Assembly: GCA_945898045.1 (NCBI GenBank)
Contig: CAMDGG010000004.1
Location: forward strand, 6,422-70,421
Source: a bacterium UBP8_UBA817
Lineage (GTDB): Bacteria > Margulisbacteria > Marinamargulisbacteria > SXXA01 > SICP01
Reading direction: 5' to 3'
DNA: 64,000 nucleotides
Shown here: positions 1 to 7,668 of the stretch, piece after piece
Numbering within the stretch: position 1 is the stretch's first letter
Layout of the letters: every line of letters begins with the position of its first letter
Made by a program: the position numbers and the translations under genes
The notes under the pieces: generated by a model
What the model was told of the DNA's origin: nothing
What the model saw: only the letters and a program-made list of their open reading frames with translations
The model's database searches: none

Positions 1-1950
1 GAAGTCGCCAAAACCTCGCACGGTGTTTTTATCTATGCTGAAGGCTTATCCGAAAAATTGAGCACGCTTCTAGAGTGGACGTCTAAAGATGTTTTGGGCA
101 CATTAACAGGGGCAGAATTATTCGGCACAGAGACACAACACCCATTATATGAACGGCCTTCTCCTGTAGTCACAGCAGAGTATGTCACGGCAGAAGATGG
201 CACGGGTATTGTTCACATCGCACCCGGACATGGACAGGACGATTATCAAGTGGGTCTTAAATATGACTTACCCATGATCATGCCCGTGGACGATGACGGT
301 CGGTTTACAGACGACGTTCCCGAGTGGAAAGGCCTCATGGTCTTTGATGCCAACAAACCCATCGGAGAAGCGTTGCAAGCCAACGGCTCTCTTCTTAAGT
401 TACAGTTTATTAAGCACTCTTATCCGTTTTGTTGGCGGTCTAAAACGCCTGTAATTTTTAGGGCCACTGAGCAGTGGTTTATTGGCATGGATCGGCACAT
501 TATGGATGGCTCCGAACCGATTCAGACGTTGCGGCAAAAGGCACTTTCTGGAATTTCAAAAACAAGCTGGTATCCGGCTTGGGGTGAAAAACGTATTACG
601 CCAATGATTCAAAATCGTCCGGACTGGTGTATTTCTCGTCAACGCTTTTGGGGGATTCCGATTCCGGTGTTTACGTGTCAGTCTTGCGGAAATCATGAGA
701 TGAAAGGTGCGTTTAATAAAGCTGTTGTTGATCTCGTCAAAACAGAAGGTACATTGGGATGGTTTTCAAAATCGACTCATGAGATTTTGCCTACAGAGCT
801 TAAATGTAGCCAGTGTGGTAAACGAGATTTTGAAAAAGATGCGAATATTTTAGATGTTTGGTTTGAGTCTGGGTCCAGTTTTGGATCGGTGATTAAAGGC
901 CAAGCCGATTTGTATTTGGAAGGGTCCGATCAACATCGCGGCTGGTTTCAATCGTCGCTTTTAATTGGGCTTGGCGGAACCGGAAAAGTGCCGTACAAGT
1001 CCGTATTAACGCACGGATTTTTGGTGGATGATAAAGGCAAAAAGATGAGTAAGTCTTTGGGTAATGTCATCTCACCACAATCAGTTGTAAAAGATTATGG
1101 CGCTGATATTTTGCGTTGGTGGGTGGCGAGTTCTGACTTCCGAAATGACATTAGTGTGTCCAAATCCATTTTGGATCAGAGTCGCGATACGTTTTCGAAA
1201 GTACGCAATACACTTCGATTTTGCCTGAGCAATTTAAATGACTTTGAGCAAGAAAATGTAGTGGCCTATGACAAGATGGATGAACTTGATCAATGGGTCG
1301 TTGCCAAACTTCAGGTGCTGATTCGAGAAACAAAAGAGTCGTTTGAGCGATTTGAATTTCATGGCATTGTGCAATCTATCCATGATTTTTGTGCGATGAC
1401 GTTGAGCTCTGCGTATTTGGATAGCGTGAAAGATCGCCTGTATTGCGATGCGATTAATAGCCCTAGAAGACGGAGCACACAAACGGCTATGCACGACGTT
1501 GTGGATACGTTATTAAAACTATTGGCACCTATTTTGGTATTCACCACAGAAGATGCATATAGCCATTTCAAGCCATTTAAGAAAAAAGACAGTGTCCATT
1601 TAGAACGTATGCCTAAAGCACAAGAACGACATGACACCACTGCGCTTTTGGCACGGTGGGATACGTTGTTGGAAGTACGCGCTCTTGCGTATCAACATTT
1701 AGAAAAAATGCGTGCCGAGAAAGTGATTCGCAGCTTTTTAGAAGTGGCTGTAACGCTTACGTTGCCCGCTTCAATCCAGTATGACGACTGGGCATCACTT
1801 TTAATTGTAAGCCAAGTCACGGTCGTACGCGGAGATAATATTACGGTTCATGCAGAAAAAATTATCGGAGAAAAATGTGAGCGGTGTTGGAAATTTCTTC
1901 CCCTCACCAACACTATTTGCGACAGATGCCAGGAGGCCATTTCATGTTAA
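1..1950 (+). CDS. ileS: Isoleucyl-tRNA synthetase, C-terminal ~650 aa (5' end lies upstream of the window)
   Basis: Reading frame is open from base 1. Class-I aaRS KMSKS loop (KGKKMSKSLGN). C-terminal CxxC..CxxC zinc knuckle (CERCWKF...CDRC). Confidence 0.93.
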   Translation, partial: EVAKTSHGVFIYAEGLSEKLSTLLEWTSKDVLGTLTGAELFGTETQHPLYERPSPVVTAEYVTAEDGTGIVHIAPGHGQDDYQVGLKYDLPMIMPVDDDGRFTDDVPEWKGLMVFDANKPIGEALQANGSLLKLQFIKHSYPFCWRSKTPVIFRATEQWFIGMDRHIMDGSEPIQTLRQKALSGISKTSWYPAWGEKRITPMIQNRPDWCISRQRFWGIPIPVFTCQSCGNHEMKGAFNKAVVDLVKTEGTLGWFSKSTHEILPTELKCSQCGKRDFEKDANILDVWFESGSSFGSVIKGQADLYLEGSDQHRGWFQSSLLIGLGGTGKVPYKSVLTHGFLVDDKGKKMSKSLGNVISPQSVVKDYGADILRWWVASSDFRNDISVSKSILDQSRDTFSKVRNTLRFCLSNLNDFEQENVVAYDKMDELDQWVVAKLQVLIRETKESFERFEFHGIVQSIHDFCAMTLSSAYLDSVKDRLYCDAINSPRRRSTQTAMHDVVDTLLKLLAPILVFTTEDAYSHFKPFKKKDSVHLERMPKAQERHDTTALLARWDTLLEVRALAYQHLEKMRAEKVIRSFLEVAVTLTLPASIQYDDWASLLIVSQVTVVRGDNITVHAEKIIGEKCERCWKFLPLTNTICDRCQEAISC

Positions 1951-2852
1951 CGATTTCAGGAACAGTTGCGTTTGATAGTATTCGTACCCCGCTAGGATCT
2001 CATTCCAAATTATTGGGTGGATCTGGTATGTTTGCGTCTGTAGCGGCGAGCTTGTTTGCACAGCCGTATTTGGTGAGCATTATCGGACAAGATTTTAACC
2101 CCGATTATATTGATTTTCTAAAGTCTCGCAAAATTGATTTATCCGGAATTACGCTCTCTGATGGACTCACGTTTCATTGGAGTGGGTTTTACGAAAAAGA
2201 TATGGGCCAAGCACATACGCTTGCTACCGATTTGAACGTTCTTTTAGAATTTGATCCACTCGTGCCAACCGCCGCACAAAATAGTCGTGTGGTTCTTATG
2301 GGAAATTTTGACCCGGCACTTCAGAAGAAAGCCATTTTGCAATTTAAAAAACCAGAGCTGGTTGTTGTTGATACAATGAATTTTTGGATTGAAAATAGCA
2401 TCGATGATGTACGCGCAATGTTGGCCTTGGCGGATGTCCTGATTTTAAATGATCAAGAATTGCGTTTATTAACCGGTGTGGACAATGTGATTAAGGCGTT
2501 ACCAGAAGCGGTAGCACTTGGTCCTAAACGTATTGTCGTCAAAAAAGGGGAACATGGTGCGTTGATGTATAACGGGTCAGATTATTTCATGTGCCCTGCT
2601 GTTCCGATTACGGAGCTTGTGGATCCAACAGGCGCGGGGGATACGTTTGCTGGGGCGTTTAGTGGGTATTTGTCGACCGTGCCGGTTTGGGATGAGTTGG
2701 CGTTTCGACGTGCGGTGATTTACGGTATTTTGGTGTCGTCACATACGGTGCAGGGCTTTAGTGTGGATGGGATTAAGTCCCTTACACTAGATCATCTTGA
2801 GAAGGCTTTTGAAACGTATAAGTCTCGGAGCATGTTGCCTAATTCGTTGTAA
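1944..2852 (+). CDS. PfkB-family carbohydrate/nucleoside kinase
   Basis: ATG at 1944 overlaps the ileS stop (ATGTTAA), with AGGAGG 8 nt upstream. PfkB signature DPTGAGDTFAGAF near the C-terminus. The track ORF start at 1884 is probably too early. Confidence 0.8.
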   Translation: MLTISGTVAFDSIRTPLGSHSKLLGGSGMFASVAASLFAQPYLVSIIGQDFNPDYIDFLKSRKIDLSGITLSDGLTFHWSGFYEKDMGQAHTLATDLNVLLEFDPLVPTAAQNSRVVLMGNFDPALQKKAILQFKKPELVVVDTMNFWIENSIDDVRAMLALADVLILNDQELRLLTGVDNVIKALPEAVALGPKRIVVKKGEHGALMYNGSDYFMCPAVPITELVDPTGAGDTFAGAFSGYLSTVPVWDELAFRRAVIYGILVSSHTVQGFSVDGIKSLTLDHLEKAFETYKSRSMLPNSL

Positions 2853-2885
2853 AATTTGTCGGTCACTGCCCTGCCGCTTATTCTT

Positions 2886-3152
2886 TTAAGCTACTTTTAT
2901 TTCACCTTCAACGAACCGATGAATAAGACTTGAAATCAGACTTTGATAGGGAAGCCCTGATTCAAATGCTTTTTTCTGAATACCCAGAAAATCATGTTCA
3001 TAAAGTCGAATGGTAATGCGCTTGTCTTTTTTAAGGGTTTTTTTGGCTATTTGTATACTGTCCTGACGTTCTTTTAACGTTGGTTTTCTTGTCTTTATTT
3101 TTCCACCATCGTACGCTTCCAGCAACTCTTTTTCTTCCTTATCTAATGTCAT
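2886..3152 (-). CDS. brnA: BrnA-type antitoxin (RHH/CopG-like)
   Basis: 88 aa. C-terminal RITIRL..LGIQKKAFESGLPYQSLISSLIHRF matches the BrnA pattern. 4-nt overlap with the upstream toxin gene. Confidence 0.75.
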   Translation of the reverse strand: MTLDKEEKELLEAYDGGKIKTRKPTLKERQDSIQIAKKTLKKDKRITIRLYEHDFLGIQKKAFESGLPYQSLISSLIHRFVEGEIKVA

Positions 3153-3433
3153 TTTTGCGCCTCCATTTCTTGCTTATAGTCTCGTGTAGCTTTTCGACTT
3201 GGAATAATTGTTTTTAGCAAAATATCCTCTTTCCTTATTTCAAAAGGCACTAAATAAATATAATCTTCCATGATCAAAAAATATATTTTCTGACCGGAGT
3301 ATTTTTTTTGATTTGGATGATCTGCAATTCGCCAGATATTTCCATAAGACAAGTGCAAAACAACCTGCTCAAAAGAAAGTCCTCTTTCAGCCTTCAAACG
3401 TTCATTTTTCTCTGAATTCCACTCATATCTCAT
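3149..3433 (-). CDS. brnT: BrnT-type toxin (DUF497 ribonuclease family)
   Basis: 94 aa. N-terminal YEWNSEKNERLKAERGLSFEQV and C-terminal IIPSRKATRDY are typical BrnT strings. Toxin-first gene order as in brnTA. Confidence 0.75.
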   Translation of the reverse strand: MRYEWNSEKNERLKAERGLSFEQVVLHLSYGNIWRIADHPNQKKYSGQKIYFLIMEDYIYLVPFEIRKEDILLKTIIPSRKATRDYKQEMEAQK

Positions 3434-3443
3434 TTGAGATTAT

Positions 3444-3464
3444 TGTACATTGAAAAGATGTACA
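3444..3464. promoter_or_regulatory. Inverted repeat TGTACAT-N7-ATGTACA just upstream of brnT (candidate operator)
   Basis: Perfect 7-bp arms at 3444-3450 and 3458-3464, 11-31 nt upstream of the brnT start. TA operons are typically autoregulated at such palindromes. Confidence 0.4.
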
Positions 3465-3515
3465 TCTGCAAGATTGTTAATTTAGGGTCGCATAGAAAAT
3501 ATCTGAATTTGAGTA

Positions 3516-3529
3516 TCCAGGTGCTTATT
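3516..3529. repeat. Junction motif TCCAGGTGCTTATT, copy A
   Basis: Identical 14-mer also at 4233-4246. Lies 18 nt 3' of the RHH gene stop (minus-strand sense). Confidence 0.8.
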
Positions 3530-3546
3530 CTATATTCTAGCTTACT

Positions 3547-3717
3547 CTACAAATCCTCAGGCAAAGGCTCTCGACTCTTCACTTTTTTAAGAACTGCAGC
3601 AAGTTTTTCAGAAACAGCATTTGCAATAAACTGATTGAGAGAAACATGATCTTTCAAAGAAATTTCTTTAGCTTTTTTATGAATAGAATCTGGCAATCGC
3701 ACACTTAAAATACTCAT
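3547..3717 (-). CDS. Small ribbon-helix-helix antitoxin (HicB/Arc-like), 56 aa, absent from the ORF track
   Basis: Hand translation: MSILSVRLPDSIHKKAKEISLKDHVSLNQFIANAVSEKLAAVLKKVKSREPLPEDL. The LRLPDSLH..A...G.S.NQFI..AV.EKL pattern is a classic RHH antitoxin. Its start overlaps the PIN stop (TAATG). Confidence 0.6.
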   Translation of the reverse strand: MSILSVRLPDSIHKKAKEISLKDHVSLNQFIANAVSEKLAAVLKKVKSREPLPEDL

Positions 3718-4031
3718 TAAATCACTCCTATCTTTTTTAGCAACATTTTGGGAGAGATAACAGAAATCCCCAATCTTTCGACACCTATAAAATCCCGCTC
3801 ATTATACGTCACAATAAATTTAGAACCCGATGAAAGCCCTGCCTCTAATACAAAATCATCTTTTGGATCTTTCAAATAGGGCCTCCACAAATAAAAAATA
3901 TCTGTTTGCACACAAACTTTACAGAGGTAATCTACAAAGTCATCGATATCTTTTAACGACAACCCAAAATCTCTATGCATACGCTTTAAAACATCTTCAT
4001 ACTCAAGCACGAGGGGCACTGCAACATGCAA
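3717..4031 (-). CDS. PIN-domain toxin remnant (TIGR00305-like), apparently N-terminally truncated
   Basis: C-terminal KDPKDDFVLEAGLSSGSKFIVTYNERDF matches the RDP.D..fL.lA.....d.IVTgD.DL pattern. TTG start. The usual N-terminal vvlDTNV strand is missing from this frame. Confidence 0.55.
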   Translation of the reverse strand: MHVAVPLVLEYEDVLKRMHRDFGLSLKDIDDFVDYLCKVCVQTDIFYLWRPYLKDPKDDFVLEAGLSSGSKFIVTYNERDFIGVERLGISVISPKMLLKKIGVI

Positions 4032-4232
4032 ACAAAGTCGCTCATGATTACATTTTTAATCAAAACTGTCTGAATTTGGATTCGTCAGATTAACAGATTA
4101 AGCTGGATAATAGATCAAAAACAGTCTCCGTGTTACCTGACTAATGCCTCTTTCTCCCATCCCACAAATCCAATAATCCTGAAAATCCAAATTCAGACAA
4201 GCTTTTAACCTGCCCCCTTTTTTCGTTTAGTG

Positions 4233-4246
4233 TCCAGGTGCTTATT
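4233..4246. repeat. Junction motif TCCAGGTGCTTATT, copy B
   Basis: Identical to 3516-3529. Lies directly 3' of the stop of the 4250-4795 ORF and is followed by a second GCTTAT. Confidence 0.8.
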
Positions 4247-4249
4247 TGC

Positions 4250-4836
4250 TTATGTATCTTCAGGAAATCCAAAAAATTCTTCTATAGCTAAAGGCTCATC
4301 TAAGTCCTTTTTAGCAATTTCTTCCTGCACTGCCATTTTCAACTCGTATAATTTAGAAATGTCATAATAAGCGTCTTTAATCGCTGCGTATTTTTTAATT
4401 ACGCTTGTGTTGCCCTTATTATTATTCAAAAATGCTAATACACCGTCTTTAATATAGCTTTCTACAAAGAAAGGAGAGTGTAGCCACTGATCCATGAAGT
4501 AATCCGGATGATTGCTAACTACTTCTAATTTTTGATCCGCAGATATTTTTAAATCTAGATTTTCAAACGCTTCTTGGATTTTTTGGAGAGCTTGTTGGTA
4601 CAGTTCAGTATCTAGGGCTTTGATATCTGGGAGCTTCATAACTAGTTTAGATAACCTCGCTATGTCTAATGGGTTTGATTGGACTTCTTCAAGAAATAAT
4701 CTATCTGACTCAACCCTCTTTGATTCAGGAAAAGACTCACTTGGAAGCTCGGCCAAAGTGAATTTTGAATTATAATCCTTGAGAGATCTGTACAACTTAC
4801 AAGCGCAACAATTTTTAGACTACGTTTCTTAAACAT
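4250..4836 (-). pseudogene. Lipoprotein gene with a frameshift just after the lipobox (or a sequencing error)
   Basis: ATG at 4836 has GGAG 8 nt upstream and encodes MFKKRSLKIVALVSC (n-region, h-region, lipobox LVSC). The 181-aa body (4250-4795, TTG-initiated in the track) continues in another frame from the same point. Confidence 0.45.
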
Positions 4837-4927
4837 TATTTTAACTCCTATGTTTTTCTGATTTAAACAGTAATTTGGCATTTATAATAATCGAAAAGTT
4901 ATGCCCAGAAATCCCAAAATTATCTAC

Positions 4928-5218
4928 CTAAATTTTTTGGTGCGCCTTGAGAATAATTTCTTGAAAGTACGGTTCGGTTTGGGACCAGTCTAGAATATCA
5001 ACTCTAAAGGGAAGATCCGATTCGGAAAAGGCGTGTTTTAAATTCATCATAATAGTGTCTGACAATGGTGTTTTGGTCATGATTATTAGATCTAGATCGG
5101 ATGTTTTTTTTAAGTTTTTCCCGTGGACTCTGGAGCCGAATGCGTGGACTTCTTCATGAGGAATATGGTTTTTTAGGATGTCTTTAACAATGGCGGATTC
5201 TTTTTCTGTCCAGTGCAT
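4928..5218 (-). CDS. Minimal nucleotidyltransferase (MNT) of a HEPN/MNT module
   Basis: 96 aa. GSRVHG..(x)..SDLDL is the NTase fold G[SG]-x9-13-DxD motif. Adjacent to the HEPN gene with a 3-nt gap. Confidence 0.8.
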   Translation of the reverse strand: MHWTEKESAIVKDILKNHIPHEEVHAFGSRVHGKNLKKTSDLDLIIMTKTPLSDTIMMNLKHAFSESDLPFRVDILDWSQTEPYFQEIILKAHQKI

Positions 5219-5221
5219 GGG

Positions 5222-5635
5222 TTAGGATAATTTGGCGAGTAGGAACTGGACTTCTTTTAAGAATTCGGATGTGATTTTATAGACTGACGAGGCTTTGTCT
5301 TCGCTGTAAGTATGTGAGGTTATGTTTCTTTTTTCACGAAATAGAAACCAGGCCTCTGGTGTAGAGACCAGTCCTTTTTCGAAGGAAACTCGAATCAGAT
5401 CTCTGTAGGATAAGCTGTCTATGGAGTAGATTGAGGCTTCCATGGATTCTAGCTTGCGGCGAATAAATTTGATGCTGAGTTCGTAGGTGTATTCGAATGC
5501 ATGGATAGAGGCTGCTCTGAATTGGCAAAAAAGGGCCTTGTCTTGTGCGGCAAGTGGTGAGTGACAATAGTCTAGGCTTGTTTGAAGTTGGCTTAGTGCA
5601 TTTTTTAATGAGGTGAGATCTAATGCGTCATTCAT
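5222..5635 (-). CDS. HEPN-domain protein (HI0074-type nucleotidyltransferase substrate-binding family)
   Basis: 137 aa. Rx4H HEPN motif (RNITSH). Family-typical N-terminal helix LKNALSQLQTSLDY. Confidence 0.78.
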   Translation of the reverse strand: MNDALDLTSLKNALSQLQTSLDYCHSPLAAQDKALFCQFRAASIHAFEYTYELSIKFIRRKLESMEASIYSIDSLSYRDLIRVSFEKGLVSTPEAWFLFREKRNITSHTYSEDKASSVYKITSEFLKEVQFLLAKLS

Positions 5636-5642
5636 AGTGCTT

Positions 5643-5702
5643 ATGATAAGCCGTTTCCACCCAAACCGCCAGGCCTTTCAAGACCAAATCTGGTTCATAT
5701 CT
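5643..5702. repeat. 60-bp direct repeat, distal copy (decayed duplicate of the coaX 3' end)
   Basis: 54/60 identical to 6926-6985 by hand alignment. Minus-strand translation is still RYEPDLVLKGLAVWVETAYH, against RYEPDLILKGLAVWVETAYHI* in coaX. Confidence 0.9.
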
Positions 5703-6852
5703 CCAGTATCTTTCCTGCCCACAAGTCTTTCAAAAATTGGCGCCAAGGCAAGATTTGTATACCATTTTGCAATTGGCGGGGCGCGTCATCTAAAGATACT
5801 ATAATATTTTTTTTAGGTTTAAATTCCTCGAGGAATCGATCAAACGGTTTGATATAGGTTGTTGAAATTTGTTCTTTGGCTTTGAATTCAATCGCGCATT
5901 GCATGTCACCAATAATGAGATCAATTTCATCATGGGTCCGGGTTCTCCAAAAACTTAGTTTGATTTTCTGATTCGTATAAGAAAGATAGGCCCTAATTTC
6001 GTTAATCATGAAATGTTCAAATGCTTTACCAAATTCGCTTGTTTTGGGCACAATAGGCGCCATGTGATGGAGCGCTCGAGTTAAGCCTGTATCAAATAAG
6101 TAAAATTTAGACGCCTCGATCAGTGGTTTTTTCTGTACTTTTCTCCAGGGTGGCAATCGATATCCCAATAAAGTATCTTCCAAGATCTGATAGTAATTCT
6201 GTACAGTTTTAGCGGAGATCCCACATTCTCTTGCTATATTTTCGTAGTTAATTAATTCTCCATTAGAGACCGCAACCACTTCTAAAAATCGGCTAAATCC
6301 AGTGATATTGCGTACCAAAGCTTCGGCCTGAATCTCTTGATCCAAGTAATCTAATACATAGCTTTCTAAAAAACGTGCGGGATGTTGGCTGTAATAATGC
6401 TGTGGGATTCCACCATGATTGAGAATACGATTTAAATCGATATCTCCAATTTCATCACTTGTTAGCGGAAACATTTCATATCGCCAGGCTCTACCACCTA
6501 GTAAGTTTGAGGCCCCTCGCCTCAGTTTTCTAGCGCTTGATCCACATAGAATAAATTTTGTTTTGGTATTTTCTAGGCACCAATGCACTTCGTCTAACAA
6601 GGCGGGCACTTTTTGAACTTCATCAACAATCACTAAGTCGAACTGTTGGGCTAGCACTTCTTCTCTCAAGAGATGGGGTGTAATCCGGAGTTTTGTGCAT
6701 AGCCGAGTATCTAAAAGATCATAAAATTTGGCATCGGGGAACTGGGTTTTAAGATGGGTTGTTTTTCCTACCTTACGTGGCCCCCATAGAAAGAATGCGT
6801 TATTTTCGGCAATATCAATTTTAAGTCGACGTTTTGTGGATGCCATTTCCAC
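5695..6852 (-). CDS. AAA+ ATPase with C-terminal DUF4143 / restriction-endonuclease-like domain (COG1373 type), paralogue 1
   Basis: Walker A GPRKVGKTT, Walker B LVIVDEVQ. C-terminal FWRTRTHDEIDLII..AIEFK resembles a PD-(D/E)xK core. Clearly paralogous to 17895-19067 and 27373-28515. Confidence 0.85.
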   Translation of the reverse strand: MEMASTKRRLKIDIAENNAFFLWGPRKVGKTTHLKTQFPDAKFYDLLDTRLCTKLRITPHLLREEVLAQQFDLVIVDEVQKVPALLDEVHWCLENTKTKFILCGSSARKLRRGASNLLGGRAWRYEMFPLTSDEIGDIDLNRILNHGGIPQHYYSQHPARFLESYVLDYLDQEIQAEALVRNITGFSRFLEVVAVSNGELINYENIARECGISAKTVQNYYQILEDTLLGYRLPPWRKVQKKPLIEASKFYLFDTGLTRALHHMAPIVPKTSEFGKAFEHFMINEIRAYLSYTNQKIKLSFWRTRTHDEIDLIIGDMQCAIEFKAKEQISTTYIKPFDRFLEEFKPKKNIIVSLDDAPRQLQNGIQILPWRQFLKDLWAGKILEI

Positions 6853-6882
6853 AGTCTATCATATGAATATCCGCATATGCAC

Positions 6883-6907
6883 TCCTGATATTTATGAAAT
6901 ATCAGGA
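6883..6907. repeat. Perfect palindrome TCCTGATATTT-ATG-AAATATCAGGA between coaX and the ATPase gene
   Basis: 11-bp arms with a 3-nt spacer. No flanking T-run, so more likely a protein-binding or recombination site than a strong intrinsic terminator. Confidence 0.5.
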
Positions 6908-6919
6908 ATTACTATACTT

Positions 6920-7642
6920 TTAAATATGATAAGCCGTTTCAACCCAAACCGCCAAGCCTTTCAAGATAAGATCAGGTTCATATCTGTCGATATTGATTGC
7001 ACTTTTTAGCACATCTAATCCGTTTCCGGTTCCAATAACGGTGACGGCGGGATCGTATTTTCTATATCTTGCGATGGCACCATTAATGAGGTCAATATAG
7101 CCGTAATAGAGGCCGGCCTGTACAGCGTCTTGGGTGTTTTTTCCGATGAAGTTTTCTCTTGGAGAAACATGGATGAGGGGAATTTTGGCGGTGTAGTCAT
7201 TGAGGGATTGAGAAGCGATATGCATGCCTGGGAAGATGGAGCCGCCTTGGTAGGTGCCGGATTTATCGACGTAGCAAAAGGTGATGGCTGTACCGGAGTC
7301 AATGATGAGGCTGCTGGATTTCACGAGTGAATAGGCGGCCATGGCATTGACGAGCCGATCTGCACCGAACTGTTCGGGAGTGGGAGAATTGAGCGTGATT
7401 CCGGAGATAGTGTCATGCCGGACGAACTGTACGTTGGGCAGTGTTTGAAGATAGAGGTCTATTTCTGGCACTACTGAGGAGACGATGAGAGGGAATTTAT
7501 TTTCTTTAAGAATGGTGCTGTTAATAAGATCTGATGTTTTAATTTGGTGTTTTTCGGATATCTTTTTTTGTTCGTATCGGGCAATGACTGTCGTTGAATT
7601 TCCGACGTCTAAAAGTAGGTGAGTACGCATAGTTGCTGGCAT
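6920..7642 (-). CDS. coaX: Type III pantothenate kinase
   Basis: 240 aa. ASKHA-fold motifs LLLDVGNSTT, DSGTAITF, GTGNG, typical of CoaX. Confidence 0.85.
   Translation of the reverse strand: MPATMRTHLLLDVGNSTTVIARYEQKKISEKHQIKTSDLINSTILKENKFPLIVSSVVPEIDLYLQTLPNVQFVRHDTISGITLNSPTPEQFGADRLVNAMAAYSLVKSSSLIIDSGTAITFCYVDKSGTYQGGSIFPGMHIASQSLNDYTAKIPLIHVSPRENFIGKNTQDAVQAGLYYGYIDLINGAIARYRKYDPAVTVIGTGNGLDVLKSAINIDRYEPDLILKGLAVWVETAYHI
6926..6985. repeat. 60-bp direct repeat, proximal copy (functional 3' end of coaX)
   Basis: See 5643-5702. Confidence 0.9.
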
Positions 7643-7668
7643 TATACTGGCTTGGTATAATCCTGAAC

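Noticed and set aside
1151-1640. Three overlapping minus-strand ORFs (60-93 aa) inside ileS
   Set aside because: They lie antisense to a clearly conserved gene, are low-complexity and have no RBS. They are typical shadow ORFs. The same applies to 7015-7330, 7707-8093, 9860-10105, 13380-14399, 22031-22748, 24352-24579, 25796-26080, 30590-32242, 47368-48922, 50178-51005, 54004-54507, 58241-58561 and 62067-62673.
3516-3545. GGTGCTTATTCTATATTCTAG resembled the XerC arm of a dif site (GGTGCGCATAA...)
   Set aside because: There is no inverted XerD-type arm at the proper 6-8 bp spacing in any of the copies. It is kept only as an unexplained junction motif.
6883-6907. Palindrome considered as the coaX intrinsic terminator
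   Set aside because: The stem is AT-rich and no T-run follows on the coaX strand. It is retained only as a possible binding or recombination site.
5613-7009. Plus-strand ORFs 5613-5804 and 6728-7009, which share the peptide ISRF(H/N)PNRQAFQD
   Set aside because: The shared peptide is just the antisense reading of the 60-bp coaX-end repeat. There is no coding evidence.
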